Below, piece by piece: positions 27,488 to 34,751 of a stretch of 64,000 nt of DNA. Under the pieces are notes generated by a model that did no database searches, was not told the DNA's origin, and was given only the letters and a program-made list of their open reading frames with translations. The stretch is taken from positions 92-64,091 of the forward strand of contig JBDNFB010000009.1 in assembly GCA_041690055.1 (NCBI GenBank), read 5' to 3'. Origin of the DNA: Myxococcota bacterium. GTDB lineage: Bacteria > Myxococcota_A > UBA9160 > UBA4427. Each line of letters begins with the position of its first letter. The first letter of the stretch is position 1. The position numbers were made by a program, and so were the translations under genes.

Positions 27488-28157
27488 TCTTCTGCACGCC
27501 TTGGGGCAAGGCACGGGGCACGCCTTGGGGAAAGGACGGGAAGGCTGTGGCGGCGGCCATCGCGCGACCGGGTCGCCAGGCTGCCAGATCGTCGCGGACC
27601 GGGCTGATCGCCGGTGAACCCTGAAAGCCCATCATCGGTTCCTGCGCGGGCACTTCCATCGATTCAGTCAGGCTCATCGTTTTGGGCGGTTCGATGCCGA
27701 AATAGAGAATTCCGAAATGCACGACCATCAAGATTGAATAGACGGCGAGTGAGGCGTAGAGGCCCAGGCGCGCAAACCTGAAATTCTTGTGAGCGAGCAA
27801 GAGAATGAGCCAGCCGCCGACGACGACGCATTTCTGGATCAAAAATGCGCTGGGTCCTATGTCGAGGAAGAAGTCCATGAACGGATTGGCTTCTTTGCCA
27901 CCGCGGTTCAACCACATCATCGTGAAGAAGGCATCGCCCACATTCAGCAGAAAGATCGAGAGCAGGAGAATGACGTCGTGCTTCGTATAGCGATCGACGT
28001 AGCTTGCTTGATCCTCAACGCGGCGTCCTGCCGCTCGGCGCATGGGCATGATGAACCCGTCCCACATTCGAGTCGGGCGAGCGCGCCGATCCAAGCTGCG
28101 GCGGTCTGCATTGCCCGACCCATCTTGCTCGGCTGTAGAAGCGCGTTCGGTTGTCAT
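27453..28157 (-). CDS. DUF5658-like small polytopic membrane protein with Arg-rich N-terminus
   Basis: LLLSIFLLNVGDAFFTMMWLNRGGKEANPFM matches my recollection of DUF5658. The start is taken at ATG 28157 (MTTERAS). The track ORF extends to 28514. Confidence 0.55.
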   Translation of the reverse strand: MTTERASTAEQDGSGNADRRSLDRRARPTRMWDGFIMPMRRAAGRRVEDQASYVDRYTKHDVILLLSIFLLNVGDAFFTMMWLNRGGKEANPFMDFFLDIGPSAFLIQKCVVVGGWLILLLAHKNFRFARLGLYASLAVYSILMVVHFGILYFGIEPPKTMSLTESMEVPAQEPMMGFQGSPAISPVRDDLAAWRPGRAMAAATAFPSFPQGVPRALPQGVQKIRPTNAPPKAE

Positions 28158-28395
28158 TCTGAAATGCGCCTCGCCTGCACGCGTTTTGCCCCCTGCTCGT
28201 TTTCCGGCGAGCGGTATGCGTGGCCTATCGGCTACTCCAACGCGTGGGCTGAGCGCTCGGCGCCGCGAAAATCGCTGCGGAGCCAAGGCTGCGGGCGAGT
28301 TGCGCGCGGGTGGTCCGACGTTGCACGGGCAATCTCGAAGACGGCAAGGTCGTCGGTCGCGTGGGGATTCCTCGTCCTCGATCCCTGGCTCGATC

Positions 28396-29868
28396 CTAGA
28401 GAGGCAGAACCCGCTCGACGAGCCAGAAGAGGCCGATTCCGCAGAGCGCAGCGGCCGATGCCTCAGTCCAGAACTGGATGGATTTCTCGCGCAGCGTTCG
28501 GCGAGCCAGTACAAGGAGCGGCCAGATCAACAGCACGACGCCGAGCTGACCGATTTCGACGCCGAGATTGAAGCCGAGCAGCGCAGGAACGAGTCGGTCC
28601 GTCGGCAAGCTCATTTCCATCAAGATGCCTGCGAAACCAAATCCATGGACGAGGCCGAATGCGAAGGTGAGGCAAATGCGCAGCCATCCTCCGCTCCCTC
28701 CGTTTGCTTGCCCGGCGATCAGGGCGAAATAGCACGATGAGAAGACGAAGAGGCCAACGATCGTGAGCAGTGGCAGCGTGACCCACCCGCCGACCGCGGC
28801 GGCGCCAAGGAGAATCAGGAAAGCCTGCACGACGCGCGGGACGAGACCCGGCCGGCCGGCATTCTGCCACGCGACTTCGACCGCGACGAGCGCGACGGAA
28901 AATGCGATGACGGCTTCTACCGCCGCCGCGCGCGGATGCACCCAATTCAAGACAGCGAGCGCGAGGGTCAGGCTATGGGCAAGCGTGAAGCCGGTAATGA
29001 GGCGCGCGACTTCGCCGAAGCGGGAGGCGAGGAGAAGCAGGCCGAACACGAAAGCGAGATGGTCCCAGCCGCTCAGAATGTGTTCGATGCCAAGGTGGAG
29101 ATAGTCGAGGAGCCCGCTGCCCACCTGGACTGTCTCTTCACCATCCTCAGCGAGCCGCCGTAGGACGAACTCGGGCGCAGCCTCGGTCAGCACTTGTTCG
29201 CTGATGTCTTCCGAAACACCCGAGACCCCGGAGAAGCGAGCCCGGGCGAAATGCAGATGGGAGGGCGCGACATCGAGCAGGATTTGGCTGTGAATGGAAA
29301 GCGTCGCCGCGTCGGGCGGGCAATCCACGCGCCATTGGTACCGGACCCATCCTGGCTCATCGGGTCGCCTCGTTGCGGCGGGGTCCGGTGTGCAGAGCGT
29401 GCCGTCTGCGACTAAGACGAGTTCCCGGGGGAATGCTCGGGCCGGGAGGTCCGGTGCTCCGGGGGGCTGGGATCCCGGGACACTGCCAGGGGGAAGCGCC
29501 TCCGGCCCGCGGCGGCTGAGCTCAAGCAGCTTGAGGCGAACCGAGACGTCAGCGCCCGTCGCGTCGACCTCCCACGAGGAGTACGAGACGCTCCGCCCGT
29601 GGGCATCCGCGCCGCCGGCGGCGATTGAGAGGCCAAAGAGCGCGAGGATCAAGAACAGTGCTGACGCGGGTGCGGGTACGGATGCTCGCGGCAGGGCAGC
29701 AGAGGCCAGACGAGCCGGGCAAGGCGTGCGGACGGCAAGTTCATCCCGCGGAGCGGCACCAATCCGGGGACACGAGATTCGAAGGCAGGGGAGCATCGCG
29801 CTCCACGTTAGCGCGCGTATCCCCAGGGTGAAGTCGCTGCATACCTTGATGTGAGGTGTTTTTGACAT
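28396..29868 (-). CDS. HupE/UreJ-family membrane protein with ~250-aa N-terminal periplasmic domain
   Basis: GIEHILSGWDHLAFVFGLLLL...GFTLAHSLTLA is the HupE_UreJ_2-type motif. Multiple TM helices follow. The start is uncertain. Confidence 0.65.
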   Translation of the reverse strand: MSKTPHIKVCSDFTLGIRALTWSAMLPCLRISCPRIGAAPRDELAVRTPCPARLASAALPRASVPAPASALFLILALFGLSIAAGGADAHGRSVSYSSWEVDATGADVSVRLKLLELSRRGPEALPPGSVPGSQPPGAPDLPARAFPRELVLVADGTLCTPDPAATRRPDEPGWVRYQWRVDCPPDAATLSIHSQILLDVAPSHLHFARARFSGVSGVSEDISEQVLTEAAPEFVLRRLAEDGEETVQVGSGLLDYLHLGIEHILSGWDHLAFVFGLLLLASRFGEVARLITGFTLAHSLTLALAVLNWVHPRAAAVEAVIAFSVALVAVEVAWQNAGRPGLVPRVVQAFLILLGAAAVGGWVTLPLLTIVGLFVFSSCYFALIAGQANGGSGGWLRICLTFAFGLVHGFGFAGILMEMSLPTDRLVPALLGFNLGVEIGQLGVVLLIWPLLVLARRTLREKSIQFWTEASAAALCGIGLFWLVERVLPL

Positions 29869-30016
29869 GGCTTGAATCGACGGAATCGCACGCGAAAAAG
29901 GCCTGTTGGGGCCACGAAACGCCTTGTCTAGAACTAAAATCCCGCCGGCGAGACCAATTTTAAATTTACTCTTGCGGAAACGTAATGCTGGGCTATTTTT
30001 AAGTCTTAGGATAAAG

Positions 30017-30050
30017 AAAAGCCCGCAGCCAAACGGTCAGCGGGTTTTTC
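30017..30050. terminator. bidirectional rho-independent terminator
   Basis: AAAAGCCCGC-agccaaacggtca-GCGGGTTTTT. There is a GC stem with a U-run on both strands. It separates the end of the msh operon from the HupE gene. Confidence 0.65.
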
Positions 30051-30094
30051 TGCGTCTGGACCCCAGATCGAGGGTGGTAGATCGCGGGTTGAGA

Positions 30095-30268
30095 CGTGGA
30101 CCGTTAATTGCGCCTGCCATGAGCATCTGCTCGCCGGTCGATTCTTGGGGAAAAAGTCCATGGAATTGGGTACACCCAGCCACGCAGGGCAGCAAACCAC
30201 GTGAACGCAAGGTCTCATTTAGCTGTGATTGAGCGAACGGTCACCCCAGGCGCAATTAACGGTCCACG
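30095..30268. repeat. 174-bp element bounded by perfect 22-bp inverted repeats (candidate MITE or structured RNA)
   Basis: CGTGGACCGTTAATTGCGCCTG at 30095-30116 is the exact reverse complement of 30247-30268. The 8-mer GGGTTGAG occurs just outside both arms (30086-30093 and 30275-30282). Confidence 0.6.
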
Positions 30269-30313
30269 CCTGATGGGTTGAGGGGCAGGGTCGAGAGAAG
30301 GTTTAGAGAGGAT

Positions 30314-30733
30314 CTAGAGGACGATGCTCGCGCGGAGGTCCCGGAATACGTAGTTCGGCGAACCGATCGTTCCGAACTGGGCCTGAGACTGGATCAGCAG
30401 GTTGGCCCGATCGTCGCTCCCCTCACGGTGGGTTGTTGAAGTACACGTGACCACGACGCTGAATCCGCTGAGCGCACCCTCGGTCAAAGTGAGAGTGCTG
30501 GAAGCCGCCGGGCAGCCTCCAGTTGATGCCGCTCGATGGATCGCCCAATCGATTCCGCTGCGCGCCGCCCAATTGGCGCGGGTTCCGAGAATCGCCGCGG
30601 TCGAGCCCGACTGCTGGAGACTCGACATACGAAGCATTGCCCCTCCGGCCGCACCGAGCACCACCAGGATTGCCAGCGCGGCGACCAGGGCGAATCCGCC
30701 CGCGCGCTGAGGGATCACGGGACTATGGCGCAT
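30314..30733 (-). CDS. mshP: MSHA-type pilus minor component (MshP-like)
   Basis: The hydrophobic N-terminus RAGGFALVAALAILVVLGAAGG is prepilin-like but lacks Glu5. It is the last gene of the cluster, as for mshP in the Vibrio order. Confidence 0.5.
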   Translation of the reverse strand: MRHSPVIPQRAGGFALVAALAILVVLGAAGGAMLRMSSLQQSGSTAAILGTRANWAARSGIDWAIHRAASTGGCPAASSTLTLTEGALSGFSVVVTCTSTTHREGSDDRANLLIQSQAQFGTIGSPNYVFRDLRASIVL

Positions 30734-31652
30734 TGAACACCTGCACTTGCTGGAGAAGGCGAACGCGTTCGCTATCTCGTTCCAGCACGATTTTGAGGGT
30801 GATCAGGCCAGAGCGAGACGGCGTGCCTGACGCGTAATCGAAAGAGCAGCTTTCGACGAGGTCGGTTGTCCGGGCTGCGGAGCCGCCGGAGAGCGGTGCC
30901 GCCGAGCGGGACGTCGGCTGCGATGCCGCGATGGCGTAGTTTTCGATCCGCCAGAGCGCTGCATCCGTTGGATCACAGAGGTAGGTGATCGGGGTATCCA
31001 CGAGGAATACGCGGAGATTCGGGGAGGTGAGGCTGAAGCGGTGGTTCGCGCTCAGATGAAGCTGATCCTCATCGCCGTCATCGAGCAGCGTGATTGTCGT
31101 TCCGCTCGGCGTGATCGTGCCTGGATTTGCCCCGCCTGCGGCCTCGCTCCAAATGCCATTCCCCGTCGGATACACCGCCACGCGCGTGCCCCCCGCGAGG
31201 GCAGTACCCGCGCTGACGCCCAGGTTCTGGAAGCGGCCGAGGATGTTGAAGCGCGTATCTCCGCCGAAGGAGAGCCAGTCGCTGGCCGCCGTATGGTCGA
31301 CCTGGCCCGGGCCACCCGGATTATTGATTCCGGGATTGGTGCGGTAGCGCGCGCCGTCCACGGTATGGAGCAACTCGAGGGCTTGCCCGCCGCCCGCCAC
31401 GCGAACGCTATTGGGTAAGGCGCGTCGAAGATCTCGCGTCATGCGATTGAGCGTGAGGTCGGCCAGCGCGACCAATTCGGCGCGCCGGGAAACGGCGATA
31501 TAGCCCTGCATCGGATTCCGCAGCAGCTCGGCGAGGCCAACGGACAGAACCCCCACGAGGACGATCACTACGACCAGCTCGATGATCGTGAAGCCTGCGC
31601 GAGATGCGGGGCGCGAACGGGAGGGAGGATTAGGGAAGTGCGCGCCGGTCAT
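30723..31652 (-). CDS. mshO: MSHA-type minor pilin (MshO-like), prepilin N-terminal methylation motif
   Basis: Leader ...RPASRAG|FTIIELVVVIVLVG. Position is syntenic with mshO. Confidence 0.6.
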   Translation of the reverse strand: MTGAHFPNPPSRSRPASRAGFTIIELVVVIVLVGVLSVGLAELLRNPMQGYIAVSRRAELVALADLTLNRMTRDLRRALPNSVRVAGGGQALELLHTVDGARYRTNPGINNPGGPGQVDHTAASDWLSFGGDTRFNILGRFQNLGVSAGTALAGGTRVAVYPTGNGIWSEAAGGANPGTITPSGTTITLLDDGDEDQLHLSANHRFSLTSPNLRVFLVDTPITYLCDPTDAALWRIENYAIAASQPTSRSAAPLSGGSAARTTDLVESCSFDYASGTPSRSGLITLKIVLERDSERVRLLQQVQVFNAP

Positions 31653-32191
31653 AGGCTGGTCCGGTAACCGCTGATGCGGAGGGGACGACCGGTTGGATCG
31701 GTGACGACGATATCGACGCGCAGGAGATCGGCCGAGCCCGACAGCGTGCCGAGGGTTGCGCTGGTATCGACGTCCACCTCTACGCGGTAGCCACCGAGGC
31801 CTGAGATTAAAGTCCCGTTCTGGTCGCGCGCGCCAGTCTCGTCCAGATCCCTAAAATCGCAGATATTGTCGTAGAGCGCCCGTGAACCTTCGCGCGTTGG
31901 GCAAAGGGCTCCGTCGGTTGGGTCGAGGTAACTCTTCTGCAGGGCTTCCTCGAGGTACGACTCGGCAATGGAGATCGCCTGTCGCTCAAGCATTGGATCT
32001 GCGCTTCGGCGGGTCGTCGTGTCAACAAGGAGCAAAGTCCCCGTGATCGAAATCGCGATGATCACGATGGCGACAACGATCTCGACGAGGGTCATGCCTT
32101 TGTTCCGCGAGGTCAGGCCTCTCTTTTGCGGGGTCAGGCCTGCTCTTCGCGAGGTCAGGCCTGCGTTTCGTTGCGACGGCCTCGCGGCCAT
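31649..32191 (-). CDS. mshD: MSHA-type minor pilin (MshD-like) with unusually long repeat-containing leader
   Basis: Cleavage-type motif NKG|MTLVEIVVAIVIIAI. ATG 32191 gives a 32-aa leader containing three heptad repeats. ATGA overlap with mshO. Confidence 0.55.
   Translation of the reverse strand: MAARPSQRNAGLTSRRAGLTPQKRGLTSRNKGMTLVEIVVAIVIIAISITGTLLLVDTTTRRSADPMLERQAISIAESYLEEALQKSYLDPTDGALCPTREGSRALYDNICDFRDLDETGARDQNGTLISGLGGYRVEVDVDTSATLGTLSGSADLLRVDIVVTDPTGRPLRISGYRTSL
32107..32170 (-). repeat. 21-nt tandem repeat x3 inside the mshD leader coding region
   Basis: GGTCAGGCCT recurs at 32111, 32132 and 32153 (period 21). It translates on the minus strand to AGLTSRR, AGLTPQK and RGLTSRN. 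Confidence 0.85.
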
Positions 32192-32204
32192 GTGGGTGCT
32201 GGCG

Positions 32205-32702
32205 CTAGGGAACACGGACGAGGCCCGTTTCGCCGGTTGCTGCGAGCGCGCGCCCGCCCACGGAGAGGGTGACATCTGCGACTGCACCGGAGGCCGTGGT
32301 CGCACGGCCGAGGGCATCGAAGATGAGGGGGTCGACCGAACTCGTGATCGTCACGCCGGATGGGAGCGTGATCGCGAAGGGCATGGCGTTGGAGACGGGA
32401 TCCGACATCTCCTGTGTGAAGGCTCCCGTTCGGCAAGCCGCGCGCTGGCGGAGCGTGTAGCTGCCGGCATCGAAATCCACCTGAACAGGGCAGCCTGTAT
32501 GCGTCGCCATCCTCTGCGCAAAGCGGAGATCGCTCAAGGTCTGGCGATGTGCCTGAGCGCCGTTCATGTCGGACATGGAAATGAACCGCGGGGCCGCGAC
32601 GGCGGCGATGATTCCGATGATCGAAATGAGAACGACCGCCTCGACAAGGGTGAACCCCTGTTGTCGAGACGGTCGTTTCGGATTTTTCGTTCGGCGAATC
32701 AT
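32205..32702 (-). CDS. mshC: MSHA-type minor pilin (MshC-like; GspH/FimT-like)
   Basis: Leader MIRRTKNPKRPSRQQG|FTLVEAVVLISIIGIIAA. The start is taken at ATG 32702; in-frame ATGs at 32714 and 32729 lie inside the upstream repeat. Confidence 0.6.
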   Translation of the reverse strand: MIRRTKNPKRPSRQQGFTLVEAVVLISIIGIIAAVAAPRFISMSDMNGAQAHRQTLSDLRFAQRMATHTGCPVQVDFDAGSYTLRQRAACRTGAFTQEMSDPVSNAMPFAITLPSGVTITSSVDPLIFDALGRATTASGAVADVTLSVGGRALAATGETGLVRVP

Positions 32703-32714
32703 GAGGCCGTCCAT

Positions 32715-32774
32715 GTCGCAGAAACCCATGTCGCGGAAAACTAAGTCGCAGAAAACCGAGTCGCAGAAACCTAG
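32715..32774 (-). repeat. 15-nt tandem repeat x4 between mshA and mshC
   Basis: GTCGCAGAAACCCAT, GTCGCGGAAAACTAA, GTCGCAGAAAACCGA and GTCGCAGAAACCTAG on the plus strand (period 15). Confidence 0.85.
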
Positions 32775-32798
32775 GCTGAGGAACCGAATCTTCTTAGC

Positions 32799-33287
32799 TT
32801 ACGGCACCGTAGTTGCGACAGAGCCCAAACTCGTGTTGTAGGCGATGGAGCGACCGGCGTCTGCGTTGTAGGTAAAGGTGCAGATCGGCGAGGCTGCCGT
32901 CGCCTGGTAGTCGCCGCTCGTATCGGTTGCGACCGTCGGGCCGCTGGAGAGGACTGAGCCCCACAGCGCGATGCATTCTGCTGCGGTGACTGTGCCGTCG
33001 CCGCCGGCTACGTCCGAGTTTTCGGCCCAGCCCGCGTCGTTGAAGCCGACGATGACGCCGCCTTCGAGCGTGGCCGAGTTCACTGACGCGGATGCGCCCT
33101 GTGCAACCCAGGCCGAGTGAGTGAGGGTGATGCCGCTGGCGAGTGCGCCACCGACGCCTTCGACGGATGCGCTATGCGCATCGCGGGTCAGGTCTACAAA
33201 ACGCGGCAGAGCCGTTGCCGCGAGAATGCCAATGATCACGATCACGACGACGAGTTCGATGATCGTAAAGCCGCTATTGCTTCGCAT
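32799..33287 (-). CDS. mshA: major type IVa pilin of the MSHA-type pilus
   Basis: Short leader MRSNSG|FTIIELVVVIVIIGILAATALPRF. GAGGAA RBS lies before ATG 33287. The track ORF is artificially extended to 33494. Confidence 0.75.
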   Translation of the reverse strand: MRSNSGFTIIELVVVIVIIGILAATALPRFVDLTRDAHSASVEGVGGALASGITLTHSAWVAQGASASVNSATLEGGVIVGFNDAGWAENSDVAGGDGTVTAAECIALWGSVLSSGPTVATDTSGDYQATAASPICTFTYNADAGRSIAYNTSLGSVATTVP

Positions 33288-33498
33288 ATGGAGTTCCTCA
33301 ATCTGGTCCGCCGAGTTCAGTCTTGCGGAGGTATTCGATCCCAATCGATGCAGATGGCCCGAGTGGCTGACCTGCTCATTTTGGTTTCTTCGGTTTAGCA
33401 TTTCTCTATCTTTATGATGAAAGTAGAATGAAGTTGTCCTGTGTATGGATCTAGGCGAAACACCTGACGGCAAGCTCCTGAAAACAGTGCACACCGCG

Positions 33499-34728
33499 TT
33501 AGTTCCTGGCCGCTGAAGCCATCTCCCACATGGGCAGATAGACGCCGAGTGCCAGGAGCAGGACGAGTGCGCCCACGAAAATGATCATGATCGGCTCGAT
33601 GGCTTCGCCCACACGCTTGAGGTCGTAGTCGACCTCGCGTTCGTAGTAACCGGCCACTTCGGCGAGAGTGTCTTCGACGGAGCCGGTTTCTTCGCCAACC
33701 GAAAGCATTTGCAGAACGAGGGGCGTAAAGAGCCCGCTCGAATATGCGGCCGCGGTCAAGGTGTCGCCCGCTTCGATGTCGGCGCGCATCGCGACGATTT
33801 GGCCGCCGACGGAATCGTTGTCGACTGCGCGCGAGGCGATAAAGAGGCACTGCGTGACAGGTAAGCCCGCCCCCAAGGTGATTGCGAGGGTGCGGCAGAA
33901 TCGCGCGAGGAGAGCTCGTTCCAGAACCGACCCGATCAAAGGCAAGCGGAGTTGAAGCCCATGCCAGAACAGGCGGCCTGGTGATGTCTTCAGCCAGCGG
34001 CGTATGAAGAAGATCCCCGCCCCAATGCTCAGCAGGCCCACATGCCAGTAGTCAGCGGTAAACGAGGATGAGGTCATCAGCAGCTGCGTTGCCCACGGAA
34101 GGTCCGCGCCAAAACTGGCGAAGAGGCCCGCGAAGGGTGGAATCACAAAGACGTTGACGACTGAAATCGCGATCATGATCGAAACGAGGACCATGATCGG
34201 ATATCGCAGCGCGCTCTTAATGCGCTTGCGCGTCTCGTCTTCGAGGGTGAGGTAGCCGTATAACTGCTCAAAGGACTCTTCGAGTCGTCCCGAGCTTTCA
34301 CCGATATGCACGATGGAAACGAAAAGGCTTGAGAAGATCAGGGGGTAGCGCCCCAGTACACTAGCGAGTTCGTGACCCTTCTCGAGTTCGTCGGCAATTT
34401 CGCCGATCGTGCGCGACAACTCGGGGTTACGAATTGTTCCCCCTAGACCGCGAAGGCCGCGCGTAATCGAAACGCCCGCCCGTGTTAGGCTCGACATTTG
34501 ACGGCAGAACATGATGATGTCAACCAGCGTGATTTTGCGTACGTGCCATGCGCGTACGATCTTTTCGAGAGCCTCTGATTTTTGCGCGCGCGCAGCCGGC
34601 ACGATCTTGAGAGGGGTTACGCCTTTTTCGGCGAGTTCGTTGGCCACGCCGCTGGGCGTCGCGGATTCGATGATGCCCGTCGTCATCTCGCCCGAGGCGG
34701 TCCGCCCGCTGTATTCAAAGGTCGCCAT
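33499..34728 (-). CDS. mshG: type IV pilus / T2SS platform protein (GspF/PilC family)
   Basis: Two GspF-type repeats, three TM segments, conserved ...LSVGEETGSVEDTL... Confidence 0.85.
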   Translation of the reverse strand: MATFEYSGRTASGEMTTGIIESATPSGVANELAEKGVTPLKIVPAARAQKSEALEKIVRAWHVRKITLVDIIMFCRQMSSLTRAGVSITRGLRGLGGTIRNPELSRTIGEIADELEKGHELASVLGRYPLIFSSLFVSIVHIGESSGRLEESFEQLYGYLTLEDETRKRIKSALRYPIMVLVSIMIAISVVNVFVIPPFAGLFASFGADLPWATQLLMTSSSFTADYWHVGLLSIGAGIFFIRRWLKTSPGRLFWHGLQLRLPLIGSVLERALLARFCRTLAITLGAGLPVTQCLFIASRAVDNDSVGGQIVAMRADIEAGDTLTAAAYSSGLFTPLVLQMLSVGEETGSVEDTLAEVAGYYEREVDYDLKRVGEAIEPIMIIFVGALVLLLALGVYLPMWEMASAARN

Positions 34729-34751
34729 TATTGCTTCTCACAGTCAGCGCT

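Noticed and set aside
27494-27540. 24-nt tandem duplication GCACGCCTTGGGG(C/A)AAGG(C)ACGG x2.
   Set aside because: It is real, but it lies in the poorly conserved C-terminal tail of the DUF5658 gene and the convergent overlap with rsmE. There are only two copies and no further structure, so it is not considered informative.
29906-30232. 108-aa plus ORF and 70-aa minus ORF (30006-30218) in the HupE-msh intergenic region.
   Set aside because: They span a terminator hairpin and one arm of the 22-bp inverted repeat. They have no RBS or recognisable motifs. The region is better explained as non-coding.
30095-30268. Whether the inverted-repeat element is 6S RNA or SRP (4.5S) RNA.
   Set aside because: I could not find the SRP domain IV motifs (GGAA tetraloop context / AGCA) or a 6S-like central bubble. 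A perfect 22-bp closing stem without bulges is atypical for both. It is left as an unclassified repeat.
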